Positions 20,537 through 34,179 are shown, counted from the first letter of the stretch. The stretch is 64,000 nt of DNA from Amoebidium appalachense (GCA_963693365.1 CAVNZM010000002.1:8095059-8159058); one strand, 5' to 3'. Numbers and translations are program-made. The notes: a model not told the origin generated them from the letters alone.

Positions 20537-22505
20537 GGGATACGACTTGCACGACAAGGCGTGGTGGGGGTGCTGAAGTGAGAATGGGCCGATCAATGTT
20601 CGTGTATGTGCGTGTGTGTGGGGGGGGGGGGGGGGGGGGGGGGAGTATGTTGGCGAAATACGTGTTCTGAGGGGGCCATGGGTTATGTGTGTGCCTTACA
20701 TGAAATGGGGGGGAGGGGGGAAGAGAGGGAGATACGATAAGTATGCTGTTTGTATGCACAATTCACACAGCTGGATTCCCCTGTCACCCCCCCTCCTCAA
20801 CTCCTGCACCGCCCTCTCCTATCTTCCCCCCCCCCCCCCCCCCCCCCCCCCCGCTTCCCCCCCCGGGGCTACCGCCTTTCCTCCCCGCCTGCTGTCCCCC
20901 CTGAACCACCCACCCAACCTGCCCTCTCTCCCTCCCTCGCACTGTTTTGGAAAGAGCAATTTGTAGGGGAGTAGCACGAGGTAGGTATGATAGCATGTGC
21001 ATCACCCTGCATACAAATCAAATAAACATAAAAACACCACTTACACACACTTTCCTCTACACAGGTTCAGTTTGTGGGTGGGGCCATCCCCAAGATTGAA
21101 TTCTTCACCGCCACCGGTGAGTCCATGGGTGAGCCCCAGGACCTATCGCCAATGTCCAAGAGAGACATTGTGCACCTGCTCATGGAAAAGGGCATTGCAC
21201 CGGCAGAACTTAGCGATGAGATCAAGCAGCTACAAGCATAGGTTATGGGGGGAGGGAGGGAGGGAGGGAGGGAGGGGGGGGGGGGGGGAGAGAGAGAGAG
21301 AGAGAGGGAGAGGGAGAGGGGGGGGGGGGGGGGGGGGGGCAGAATTGTTATTATGCTTGGGCGCTGCGATGTTGTTTTGAGTTTGTGTTGTGCATGGTTT
21401 AGATTGTGATGGTGTGAAATTGGTTACACAGTGAGAGTTTGAACACCGTTGGGTTGTATCTTAGAGTTCTCCATTGGACGTGGTACATACGAGAATGTTT
21501 TAACTCCGTTTTCGTTTTCACCGCTGTTCTGAGGATTAGACTCACGACACTTACCATTTGCACGAACATGCAACTGCACACTTGCATTAGCGCTCCTTAT
21601 CGTGCCCAATCTGAAACCACTGCCCGGATGAAGCGGCACCGCTCAGAACCAAATATGGAAAGTGGTGCCGCTGAAAGGGATGTTACCATTGGCTCGCATA
21701 CTTGACTTCCTGCAAGCTGATTGGTTGCCCTTGGCGGTGGTGACGGGTGGGGGCTGAGAGTGAGTGCTGTGATTTGATGGTGCTGCAGTGCGTTAGGATG
21801 GTTGTGTTCTATCTAATGATGTGGTTGTAATGTTCACGATTCGGTTGAATCTTTTTTTTTCTTTTTCATGTTGAATATGCAGTGCGGATGTGTAGCTATA
21901 AAACCTATAACAGGTGCACGAGCTATTATTATAACTGTTTTTAGTCAAAATGTATCTTTTCTTCGTTGTTTCCCTTCTCCTCGATTTTAACTTTTCTGAA
22001 ATAAACATCCTGTACAACACGGAAGGAAGGTACCGAAACCTGGGGGGGGCAGAAGAATCAAATCATCTGTTGACGTTGCAAATGACCGTGGCATCTACAC
22101 TGATATGCAGTGCCCGGCATGGTACAGTACTGTAACACTCAGACAATTACTGTACGTTATCACTGTACAGTAGTGAAAAATGAGAGAAAAGCGAAATCAC
22201 AGTTACCTTCTCTACCCCCCCCCCCCCCCCCAAAAAAAAAAAAAAAAAAAAAACCCCCCTCCCCCCCCCCCCCCCCCCCCCCCCCCACCTCCGCGCCGGT
22301 CTGTACATGTCCATACTGGCATAGCCAGATCTAGAGGGGTTTTACCTTCATTAATTCCCCCCCCCCCCCCCCCCCCCCCCCCCCCGCCGGGCCCCCTTCA
22401 GCTCCCCGGAGTCCCTTCCCACGCGCGTACGTCCAGCCGGCTATAGGGGACAGGCAAGCGCTGTCATGATTGTGATGCAGGACTAAATGCACATGTACAC
22501 CCCCC

Positions 22506-22551
<46 letters not shown>

Positions 22552-22979
22552 ACCACCACCACCACCACCACCACCACCACCACGGCCCACACTGTAACAC
22601 GTACCACTGTGTACGTACACACACACTATTCTCCCCAAAAACCAATATCAAGCTATTCTTCCCATGTGAAACAGGCTTCCATGATCATGGACAAGCTTGA
22701 GTCCACGGGATTTATGAAGCTGAAATGGGAGGTGGGGGAGTAGTAAGTATCAACGTCCCTAGGTCCCGGTCCATGATACCCCCCCCCCCCCCCCCCCTTC
22801 TCCCAGAGGGAGCTGGCGGGAGGGGGTACGTACACGCCCTCCTTGGGGTTGGTGGGTCCCCCCCCCCCCTCTCTCCCCAAGGTACCTGCTGGACCCTCCC
22901 CCCCCCCTCCCCCCCCCTGGGAGGGACCCACCTGGGCAAGTGGGGTGGCGGGGGGTGGGGGATAACCCCCACGGCCGTT

Positions 22980-23011
<32 letters not shown>

Positions 23012-23175
23012 CCCGCCCCGCCCCCCTGCCCGTGCGCGTGATCTTGGTCCGAGTCTCTTTCCCACTCACCAAAGGTTGTATTTGTTACTTTTTTTTCTTT
23101 CTTTTTTTTTTCTTTTTGGAAGAATTGCTTCCGTCTTGGCCACTGATGCATCCCTCCCCCCCCCCCACCCCCCCC

Positions 23176-23236
<61 letters not shown>

Positions 23237-23513
23237 CGTCACACACACACACACACACACACATGCACACAAGCACCAAGCACAGCGTCACACGCACGAA
23301 CACACACGCACACACTCACGCATGCACGCCCACACACGCACGCACACGCTCCCCATTCCTTCGTGCTGGTGCTCTTCAAGTTCTGCCGGACGCATACTCT
23401 TTGTGTGATCTTGCAATATCTGCTTTGGAGTTGTGTTGTCCGAGGCAGATGTATACTCCCAATATGCTGTATAACATTTTCTACTTGCCCCCCCCCCCCC
23501 CCCCCCCCCCCCC

Positions 23514-23544
<31 letters not shown>

Positions 23545-23643
23545 CCCCCTCTGATTCACCCTGCTCATTTACACAAGCATAATATCATGATATTCATGCA
23601 TGTGCACACGTGCACGCACGCGCACGCACGCGCGCACACACGC

Positions 23644-23680
<37 letters not shown>

Positions 23681-24489
23681 CAACGGCCAACCATTTCTGC
23701 TAGTCTGAATTTTTGGGAATAAGGTTATCGTGCCCACCGTGCAGTGTTCATGCGCGTATCTGTGTGGCGGGGAATGTATGTGTGTGTGGTGTGGGTTTGG
23801 GTATCTGCATGTTCATGCGTATCACGTCGAGCGCTCTCATCGCTGGCCAAAGTTTATGCACCTCGTGTCGTGTGCGTGTGTGGTACGGTGTGCAGGTACG
23901 TGTCATTCCCATACGTGTGAAAGTGTGTGCAACTGTTGTAGGGCCCAACCACATCGGCTGAGTCACTTGCTCCGAGCAGAATTATTCTGCAAAAAGCAGA
24001 ATTATTCTGCAAAACCGGAATCAATCTGCTAAAAGCAGAGTTATTCTTCTAAAGCAGAATCAATCTGCTAAAAGCAGAATCTATTTCCAAACAGCAGAAT
24101 CAATCTGCTAAAGCAGAATCAATCTGCCAAAAGCAGAATTATTCTGCTAATTTTATTCTGCCGTTGAAAGGAGAATAATTTCGAAAGCAGAATTATTCTC
24201 CTTTCTGCGGAATAATTCTGTTAGAAGCAAAATAATTCTGCTAATTAGCAGAGTGATTCTGCTTTTGCAGAATAATTCTGCTAATTAATTTAAAAAGCAG
24301 AGTGATTCTGCTTTTGCAGAATAATTCTGCTTTCTGCAGAATATTTCCGTCTTTTGCAGAATAGCTCCGCTTTTTTCATAATACTGTAATTCTGCTTTTT
24401 GCAAGTTGACTGCCGACGTGGTTAAGCCCTTGTTGTGCGTGTGTGCGCGCGCGGTGGGGTGACTGGAGACAAGGGAGAGAGAGAGAGAG

Positions 24490-24531
<42 letters not shown>

Positions 24532-24548
24532 GGGAGGGGGGGGGACGT

Positions 24549-24580
<32 letters not shown>

Positions 24581-24833
24581 GGGGACAGGGGCCCGGCGGG
24601 AGGGGGCCCCGGGGGTAGTAGGGGGACGGGGGAGGGGGGGGGGGGAAACTGTGCCAAGGGTTTGACCGTATGGCATATAGCCTGAGTTTCAGGTGATCCA
24701 AAACTGCTATTCTTAATGTTTGCGTGTTGGGAATGTTTATGCAAGCCACTGCTAGCTAAATCACAGTGCTAATATGTGCTCAGGTTATCTGATAGTCATG
24801 GTGACCACGATGGCAGCCTTTGGGGTGGCCACG

Positions 24834-24881
<48 letters not shown>

Positions 24882-25263
24882 CCTCTCCCCCCGCCCCCCC
24901 CCCCCCCCCCCCCCCCTCCCTTCCTCCGAATGGGGGAGGATGACCCACCTGGGCCCATGGGCCAAAGGGGTGGGAGGTGCACGTGGGTTCCCCGGCCCCC
25001 CCCTCCCCCACCAATACTAATACTACCCCCCTCCGGATCCCCGTTTCAAAATCAAGAATCCCCAACATGATATTATGAACTTGATATGATCACTTAGATG
25101 ATACAAATGGGCATGTGTAGCTACTACTACTTACTGGAATGCATGCAGTGTGGTCAAACTGCTCGATATCGTCGTTTGCAGCCAGTGTTGTAACCCATCG
25201 CCCCCCCCCCCGAATACTATCGGGCTTTGTGATCTAGAGACAGGAGAGATGGTGATGTACTGG

Positions 25264-25316
<53 letters not shown>

Positions 25317-25476
25317 TGTTTGCACCAAGGCCCACCCTACCAGTGCATGCCATATATATGTGTCACAGCTTTGGCACACAATATCAGTACTGCCGCCCGG
25401 CCAGTGCCGGAAGTGTCCAGAGGCCCCTCGCGAGCTCCAAAATTGTGCATGCACCTCTTCAGTCGCGTCCATTTGA
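18310..25476 (+). CDS. Putative type II membrane protein of unknown function (exon 1 clear, later exons tentative)
   Basis: Exon 1 18310-18585 MLLRGRGRLLIVALAFAFVYFGWKK.. has a basic N-terminus, one TM segment and a Pro-rich stem, and ends at AAG|GTATGG. Candidate small exons near 19607, 19935, 21065, 22447, 22675, 24785 and 25369 (LWHTISVLPPGQCRKCPEAP..TGA 25476); phases not all verified. Confidence 0.4.
23940..24430. mobile_element. Non-autonomous DNA transposon (MITE/foldback type) with internal palindromic repeat array
   Basis: Imperfect TIRs AGGGCCCAACCACATCGGC.. / ..GCCGACGTGGTTAAGCCCT; TGTTGT duplicated at 23934-23939 and 24431-24436; interior made of ~19-20 bp units built on GCAGAATTATTCTGC. 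Confidence 0.8.
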
Positions 25477-25984
25477 ACGTCGACGACATCACGCCATAAT
25501 GATGATGATGCGCTTGCCTACCAGTCAACAGCTACATGTACGGAGTGGTTCTAGTAACTATAACAGTTCTAATTGTATCGATAAGAGCAATTTCTAGTGT
25601 GCGTTGAGTGAATTAACCAAACTCCAGGAATCTTCCTTATTATCCTTAGCAAGAAACTCAGTGACTCACACGGGGGCTAGCTGGGGGCGGCGGTCCCTCT
25701 CGTTTCCTTCTGGAGCCTCACCGATTGGCCCGGGTACCATATCAGGAGCGGGCAATTTTTGAATTCTCCCTCCCCGGCCCCGCCGGGGAAAATTTGAGGT
25801 TTTTGGACCTCAAAGAAGTCAAATCCTGCAAAATCCACTACCGGGAGGCCAAAAAGGGTGATTTTACAAAAAAGGAGGGACATACATGAAAAAGAGAAAA
25901 TGGGCGAGTTCAGTGGGCTGCCGATAAGTATATTTCGTGCTGGGCCGGCCACCGATTTGAATTTTTGAAGCAACCAGAAAGCCT

Positions 25985-26150
25985 TCGACCAATCATAATC
26001 TTTAACCAATCAAAGAAGTTTCATAAGCCAATCAAAAGAAGGTTTAGGTGCAATGCCCCAAATGTGGAAGGTAGCTTGGATTTTGCGATTGGTGTATCAC
26101 CACACACAATTCGATTGGTTGTTTTGGGGAGCTACTCTACTATAAAATAG
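25985..26150 (+). promoter_or_regulatory. Promoter of sugar porter: five CCAAT/ATTGG boxes plus TATA box
   Basis: CCAAT at 25989, 26006, 26028; ATTGG at 26088, 26114; TATAAAA at 26141, about 135 bp before the ATG. Confidence 0.65.
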
Positions 26151-26277
26151 CTTCCAGCGTCGTTCACACCTCAGAATTCAGACCGACACAACATAAGTCA
26201 AAACAACAACAATCCACAACAATAGCAACAACCGTCACTGTTTCTGCACACAAACACACACACCAAAAAGCCGCAAA

Positions 26278-27981
26278 ATGGCGACCATCGAAGAGAAAAC
26301 GAAGGGCGGGCAGGAGTCCGAGGTTGGCGTCTACAACGTCGACTCAGCCACCGGCCGCATTAATGCCCGTCCTCAGGGTGTGGACAGCACCCGGCCCATC
26401 AAGACCTTTGTGATTGTGGTGGCCATCATGGCTGCATTTGGCGGTCTTCTCTTTGGCTACGACATTGGTGGCTCCGGCGGCACCCTCGTCATGCCGTCCT
26501 TCCGCAAACACTTTGGCTGGCCCCCTGCACATTGCTGCCCTGCTGGCCCCGTCCCCACCAGTGCCCTCGACTACTGCATGAGGTTTGGCTGCGCGGAGGC
26601 GGAGGTGGACTGCATTGCTAACGGCACTGTGTACAACGGCAAGGTCATGACCCAGTGTGTGGAGGACTCTTGGGAGTACAACCCCACGTCGGTGTCCGAC
26701 CAGCAGGGCTGGATTTCCTTCCTCTTTACTATCGGCTGCTTCTGCGGTGCACTTACTTCCGGCACACAGGCCGACTACCTGGGCCGCAAGAAGACGCTCA
26801 TGCTCAACGACATCATCTTCATTGTGGGTGTGCTCATGCAGATTTTCCCTCCAAGCATGAACGTCATGTATGCTGGTCGTTTCATTGGCGGTGTTGCCAT
26901 CGGCACCCTCAGTATGGCCGTGACCATGTACCAATCAGAGGTGGCCCCCGAGCACGTGCGCGGTGTGCTGGTGACCCTCCAGCAGCTGTGCATCACCTTC
27001 GGCATCCTTCTGGCCGCCGCAGCCAACGTCGGGCTCAAGCACTGGACGCCCGGCTGGCGCCTGTCATATGGTGGCAACATCTTCTTTGCCATCATCATGG
27101 TGTGTTCCATGTTCCTGCTGCCCGAGTCCCCCCGCTGGCTGGTGCAGAAGGGCCGCTACGATGAGGCCCGCACATCGCTGCAGCGCATCCGCTATGCCGA
27201 TGAGGTCGAGGGTGAGCTGGCATCCATCACGGCATCCGTGGAGGCTGACAAGGCCGTTGGGGAGGGCACGTGGGCCGACGCCTTCAGCAGCCGCAACAAC
27301 ATGCGCTACCGCACCATGGTCGGGGCGCTGCTGCAGTTCTTCCAGCAGCTGACCGGCATCAACGCCATCATGTTCTTTGCCCCCGACATCTTTGCCACCT
27401 TCTTCAGCGAGACTGGCGCTCTGTGGGCCAACCTTGCTCTCACCACGTTCAACTTCCTGGCCACGTTCATCTGCATCTACCTGGTCGAGCGCAGCGGACG
27501 CATCACCCTGCTGGTCACAGGCGGCATCATGCAGGCAGTGGGCACGGCCGGCTGTGCACTGATGGCATCACCTCTGTTCGAGTACAAGACAAATGAAACC
27601 GTGGGTATCTTTGTCATCGTATTTGCCGTCATCTTTGTGTGCGGCTTTGCCTACAGCTGGGGCCCCGTTGTGTGGGTGCTGTGCTCCGAGATCTTCCCCC
27701 AGAACCTCCGCGGAAAGGGGATGTCTGTGTCTACGGCCACCAACTGGGCTATGGCTGCCGTGGTGGGCAAGGTCACCCCCTACCTGTACCGGCCCAGTGT
27801 GTTCAACCTGTGGGGCACGTTTGTGTTTTTCACGTGCTTCATCGTCACCATGACTCTGTTTGTGTACACGTGTGTGCCCGAGACAGCCGGTGTGGCCCTG
27901 GAAGACACAGACAAACTGTTTGAGGAGTTTGAGGTTGGGTTTAGCCGCAAGCCAACCTCTGTTAACCGCACTAAGGAATAA
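26278..27981 (+). CDS. MFS sugar porter (hexose/H+ symporter-like), intronless
   Basis: 567 aa ORF with GGLLFGYDIG, DYLGRK, GRFIGG, YQSEVAP..RG, PESPRWL, QQLTGINAIMFF, VERSGR, SWGPVVWVLCSEIFP..R and PET motifs; multiple hydrophobic segments; strong C/G-ending codon bias. Confidence 0.96.
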   Translation: MATIEEKTKGGQESEVGVYNVDSATGRINARPQGVDSTRPIKTFVIVVAIMAAFGGLLFGYDIGGSGGTLVMPSFRKHFGWPPAHCCPAGPVPTSALDYCMRFGCAEAEVDCIANGTVYNGKVMTQCVEDSWEYNPTSVSDQQGWISFLFTIGCFCGALTSGTQADYLGRKKTLMLNDIIFIVGVLMQIFPPSMNVMYAGRFIGGVAIGTLSMAVTMYQSEVAPEHVRGVLVTLQQLCITFGILLAAAANVGLKHWTPGWRLSYGGNIFFAIIMVCSMFLLPESPRWLVQKGRYDEARTSLQRIRYADEVEGELASITASVEADKAVGEGTWADAFSSRNNMRYRTMVGALLQFFQQLTGINAIMFFAPDIFATFFSETGALWANLALTTFNFLATFICIYLVERSGRITLLVTGGIMQAVGTAGCALMASPLFEYKTNETVGIFVIVFAVIFVCGFAYSWGPVVWVLCSEIFPQNLRGKGMSVSTATNWAMAAVVGKVTPYLYRPSVFNLWGTFVFFTCFIVTMTLFVYTCVPETAGVALEDTDKLFEEFEVGFSRKPTSVNRTKE

Positions 27982-28538
27982 TGCTTAGTTAAACTAAGTG
28001 GTAGAGTGTTAGTAAGTTTATACTAGCAGGATGGACGGCGATAAATACGTTTCGCATTACTATTTAGAACCAGTTTTAGGAGGCTGATGTTGCCTCATTT
28101 ACCAATCGCATGAAAGATTGCATTAGGTTTTGTCGTAAGTGTCATCCGTGTCTTTGGCTTCGGCCCCTACCGTCGCGCGCACCTGCTGTTTGTAACAGCA
28201 AGTTTTATTCAACAATTAAGTTGCAGAAATAATTAATGACCATTTTTTAATTAAATTTTCCCTATTCTACATCCATCTTTACCCCGCCGCACCTTACCCA
28301 ATGTGCACCCCGCAAGAATTATAGCATGTGTTCTCTGTCTCATCTTTGGTTCCCACCCACATCACTCCCCCCTCCCCCCCCCCCCCCCCCCCCCCCCCCC
28401 TCGGGCCCCCCCCCAACCAAAGCTCTCCCTACCTGTCTACTCTTTACCAACACACAGACACTTGCATAGGAAGCATGCAGTCTGAGATACGAAAACACAC
28501 GCACTACACTACCACCGTCACACACCACACACTACACA

Positions 28539-28582
<44 letters not shown>

Positions 28583-29222
28583 CGTACATGCTCGAATGCA
28601 CGGACACACGTACACATGCGCACCAACACACATGCTTGCACACACCGTACACACAGGCACAAGCACACATCATGCAGCGCTCGAAAGCATAGATGATGCG
28701 CACAAGCACAAATGCTCGAAAACGCAGGTGGTGCGCACAAGCACGCATGCATATGCTTGTACACCGGCACGTACAAGTACACATGCGCACAAGGCTTGGC
28801 ATACATGCACGTGCACAGATACATGCCTGCAGGCATGTCCACTGCATCCAAGTATGCATGCATGTCTCAGGCTGTGAGGCATTACATGGTATTAATAATT
28901 CACTGACTCCTGTTGAAACCAGACAACCTCCCCCCCCCCCTCCCCCCCCCCCCCCCCCCCTCCCCGCCCCCCCCTTCCCCCCCCACCACCACCACCACTA
29001 CCACCACCCCCGGGGACCCTCCCACCTCCCCACCCCCCACCCCCCTCCCCCACCCTTGTCTCCCTCTCCCTTTTCCTCCCTGTCCCTTTCTCTTGCTTTC
29101 TCTCTTCCTCTCAGTGACACACTCTCTCCCTGACACACACACATACAACCATGAGTAACTGTTGTGTGCGTGCCGCGCAGCAACTGCCAAACATATTTGT
29201 GACACGTACGTACATACCTTGT

Positions 29223-29263
<41 letters not shown>

Positions 29264-29426
29264 CCTCTCCCCTCTCGCTCGCTCCTCCCCATGCAGTGTA
29301 CTGTACACGTACGTACATGTACATGACTTGTACTCCCCCTCCCTATCCCACTCGCTCGCTCCTCCCCATGCATTCTACCGCACAGGCGCAAAAGCTTCTG
29401 CAGAACGCTGGCGCCCCCGCCCCGGG

Positions 29427-29468
<42 letters not shown>

Positions 29469-30218
29469 TGATCATTACGCTGAGAAGATCATGAACCGTC
29501 ATCATTTTTTGTTGATCTGCCCACCCACAAAGTTCAAGAAATTGGAAATTTTTAAAAAACACGAACTTAGAATAAAAATCTGCTCTGTGTTGTTTCTTTG
29601 TGGTCATACATCGGAATCCGTGAGCCCGGGGTTTTCAATAATACTCAGACTCTGAGTGTCATAGTATAGTGTATCCCCCTCCCCCCTCCCCCCGCCCCCC
29701 TCCCCCCCCTTTGCCCCGGCCTCAAAAACACACACACACACACACGTGCCCCCCCCCCCCCCCCCCCCCTCCCCCTCCCCTTCCACCTACAAATCTATTA
29801 GGTCCATATTAGTGCCATTCCACCCTCAGGAAGAAAAATCAAAGAACATTTATTGGCTGGGTATCATTGAGGTGTTTGATGTGGCGGCCCATGCCTCGCA
29901 AAAATAATGCCTGTCCCCTTGTCCACACTTACCAAAAATAAATATCTGACCCAAAGAAAAAGCAAATATGGCCCATAATGTACACGTGCACGACACTGAT
30001 GTGCCCAGAATGGAAATAAACCTATTATTATTACTATTGTATAGAAGATGATACACAATTACTGCAAGACATCTACACTACACTGCATGAAATGAAGACA
30101 GGTTCTATACCTTTCATGTAGCATACATCATATTTCCTAAATAGCCACCTAAAACGGCCAAGAAAGAAGACAGGGAAAAAAAAAAGAAAAAAAAAATCCA
30201 CATGCGGCAATACCCGCC

Positions 30219-30759
30219 CTACAATATGATCTTAGTCCCGAGCAGCTCCAAGAATCTTGCCAACACATCGGGGTGGGCCGGCCAAGCGGGCCCAGACACA
30301 AGATTGCCATCCACGGTCGCCTGATATTCCACCAATAGTTAGTGGCCCAATCCTAGATCCGCATGATACCACAAGGTCAAAAGAAAGAAATAGCACACTT
30401 AAGGATGGGGTGTTGCCAAAAAAGATATAAACGGTTGGCCCCACCCCCTCCCCCCGCGGCTCCATCGCCCTCACTTACTGTGTTAGTGCACACTCACGGT
30501 ATAAATGTGTGATATGTGTGCTAACACGGGAGGCTAAACAAAACCTTACCCCACGTCTTCTGCTTCCTGCTGGAGGCAGAACAGAGAGATGATGGTTCTG
30601 AAGTCAAATGGGGGCTTGTCGTGGGATACAGGGCATTAGATGCAAAGATGCAAGACAGAAATGATGGTGCAAGACATCGAGAGCAGTGCAACAACGAAAA
30701 GAAAGAGGGGATGGGTGGAGAGGGGGACGGCGGGGAAAACGGGTGAAGGAATGCGAAGT

Positions 30760-30828
<69 letters not shown>

Positions 30829-31451
30829 CCGTGCGCGTGCGCGCACACGCCTGTTGTGGAGGGGGGTTCGACATTTATCTTGCCATCAGAAAAATTGCGA
30901 CCTATCTCAACCCAACCACGAGCCAACCAATCGGACAGCCAATCAGGCAACCAATCAGGCTGTCATCAGAAAACTGTCAACATCTACAATTGCACGCACA
31001 TCCATCAGAACAGACTCCGTATAGAAATCTCTCGTCAGAAGACAATTTTCCACACGCACAACTACATTTGCCAAAACCAGCACAGCACACAACACAAACG
31101 AAGCGCCCCCCCTCCCCCCCCCCCCGCTCCCCTCCCCCCCTCCCCCCCCCCCCCCCCCCCCCCTCCACCCCCACCCCACCCACCTTATCAGCGTCAATCT
31201 TGCATGCAGTACCCCCAGCCAGTGTAATTTCGGGCAGGCAGGCATAGTATCCGGCACATGATCTCCCCTTGAGACATCCGGCAGCCGTTAGAATCTGCAC
31301 ACCGTGACACACCGCCGCAATGGGTTTCTTGGCCGTGGAAAAGTGACGGGCAATATCGAGAACACGCTCGTCAAGACGGAGGTATTCGGGTGCACGGCCA
31401 CCTTTGTGTGTGTGGGGGGAAGGGATTGGGAGGATTGGAACCGTGTGTGTC

Positions 31452-31545
<94 letters not shown>

Positions 31546-31993
31546 TTACAAGTGTGTGTGCATATGTAAGTGTGTACGTGTTTTTGTGTGCATTCAGTGC
31601 ATAGTTTTACTTGTATCTGTCTAGCTGCTGTGTGCGTGCGTGGGTGCAAGTGTTACGTGGAAGGGGGCCAGGTGGGTAGAGGCATCGGGGAGGACGAGGG
31701 AAAAATTGGTAAATGTTACAGAATACGAAATACAGATTTACGACTGACACCACAATGCAGATATCACAAAGCACACCAAACGGGGGGATGCGGGGGGGGG
31801 GGGGGGGGGAGGGGGGGGGGGGGGGGTGGGGGTTAAAGGGGGAGGAAGAGAGAACTTATGCGTTAGAAGATGAAACACATATTGGCTGGCATCCAGGAAC
31901 ACAATATTGGATACACGAAACGGTAAACAAAATGGTGCATCAGACATCACGACGGAACATGGGGCAAATACTGCTTGCGCCTTGTAGCAGCAA

Positions 31994-32024
<31 letters not shown>

Positions 32025-33067
32025 CCCCCCCCGGGCACACAATCCTTCCCCCTCCCCAAACCCATCAACCATCTGTTGCTCCACAGAGGACCGAAAGCGC
32101 ACTCACCAACACTCACACCTAAACACTTCTAAACCCACACCCACCCACACCCAACCACGCATACATGTACGGCCACCAATGCACAGCCACAGGCGTGCAC
32201 ACACACATGCACACACATCTACGCACATTTACACACGTCCACCCGCACTCAAGCTCAACTCCACCCTTCATCCTGCCCAAACATCCACCCAATCCATCCC
32301 GGGCCCTCTCCCACCTTCCCCCCTTTCCTCCCTCCCCCCTCCCCCACCCACCCGGCCACCCTACCCACCTGGAATAAACAGTGCATCGTAGTCATTGGCT
32401 TTCACAGAATCAAAGTCTGCATTCAGCACAAAGTTGTGCCCAGGTTTCTCACTGTACGTCTGGTCCCCCTGGGTTGGTGAAAAAACGGATGAGTATATTG
32501 GAACGAGCGGGAATTGGGAGAAAGAGAAGGAAAAGAGGTGTACAAGAGGAAGGAAAGGCCAACACGGAGAATGAGGTTATTGCGGTATGAAAGGTAGAAG
32601 GCCGGCCAACCGATAGGGGAAAGTAAATGATGCGTGCAGTCACAACAACGTCCCTTTCTGACTTTCACCTTTAAAGCCCCTCGCCCCCCCTCCCCCCCCC
32701 CAAACAAAAAAAAAAACCCCAACAAAAAATAACAACAATAAACCTGCACACAGACAAATAGACAAAGATTAAAAAACCCAATATATGAATACATAAATAA
32801 AGTAAAAGTAAAAAGCCACCTATTCTTCGTGCACGTGCATTGCATATCTGGACTTACCTCGAAGTCGTGGACTGCAGTGCGCACCTTGTCCCCTGCCTTC
32901 TTGCCCGGGCACACGGCATGCACCGTATGGCCCACCATCAAGAGCGCCTGGAAGGGAACCATGATCTGCATGTGGGGAAAAGATGGGATTGAGGCACAGA
33001 GGAAAGAGAAGGAGAGGGGAGGGGGGGGGGGGGGGTAGGGGGGCAAGGGAGGGCGGGGATCAGTGTG

Positions 33068-33147
<80 letters not shown>

Positions 33148-33155
33148 CTGTGTGT

Positions 33156-33204
<49 letters not shown>

Positions 33205-33236
33205 AGTGAGTGTGTGTGTTCGTGTGTGTGTCTGTC

Positions 33237-33328
<92 letters not shown>

Positions 33329-33715
33329 GTTTGTGTTCGCGTGTGTGTTCACGTGTGTGTTCTTGTGTGTGTGTGTGTGCGTGTTTTCGTGTGTGTGCGT
33401 GTTTTCGTGTGTGTGTGTGTGGTGTGTGTGGTGTGTGTGGTGTGTGTGTGTGTGTGTGCGTGTGTGTATGTGTGTGTGTGAGTAAGTGAGTGAGTGAGCG
33501 AGTGAGTGAGTGAGTGAGTGAGAGAGTGAGTGAGTGTGTGTGTGTGTGTGTGGGAGTAAGGAGCGTCCTTGTGTGTGGTGTGTGTTTGTGTGTGTTTTAT
33601 CTGTGTGTGTGTGTGTTTGTGTTTGTGTGTGTGCGTGCGCACTCTGAAACTCTACTCTTACCTCATAGTCCTCCACATAGTCACCCGCCAGCAAAAGAAT
33701 CTTCTTGCCAGGCAT
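30219..33715 (-). CDS. DJ-1/PfpI family protein (single domain; PfpI/YhbO-like glyoxalase/deglycase)
   Basis: Exons about 33715-33662 ([18 protein letters not shown]), 32966-32858 ([15 protein letters not shown]), 32468-32369 ([21 protein letters not shown]), 31401-31184 ([23 protein letters not shown]) and 30320-30219 ([20 protein letters not shown]). Catalytic Glu and the CHG nucleophile elbow are present. Confidence 0.92.
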
Positions 33716-34179
33716 CTTGGCGGCTGCTTGAAAAGTCCCTGAGTACCACCCAAAACAGGTCAGATGAAAGCAGTCTGCAAAGGCTGTGAAAGTTCTCGTA
33801 CCACCTAAAGGCTGTAAAATTACACACTGAATACAACCTTCACTAGATTTTCTAGCATAAAACCCCTACGCGATAGCCATTGCTAGCTCGACGATGACCC
33901 AACGACATGTTCACCAAAACGACTTATTGTAGTGAGCCTCATGAGACGCACACACACAACAGTTCCGCTCAAGGCTTCTTATTGTTAGTATATAGGATGC
34001 CTTGAGGAGTACAGGGTTTTTGTGGCTGTGTGCTTGTGTTCATGTTCGGTTTCTAATCACGCCTTCACGCCTCACAGCTCGGGGAGTCACCGTTTGAACT
34101 GCCAGGCTGCACGAGTTTATTTCAAGTTTTCTTCTCCTTTTTTTCTCTTTTCTTTTTTTTGTATTCCCTCCGTTATCGG

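Noticed and set aside
23975-24400. Regular palindromic ~20 bp repeats resembling a CRISPR array
   Set aside because: No unique spacers, no cas genes, eukaryotic context; TIRs and TSD explain it as a MITE.
26344-27971. Overlapping alternative-frame and antisense ORFs in the sugar porter
   Set aside because: Expected shadow of strong GC3 codon bias; no recognisable motifs.
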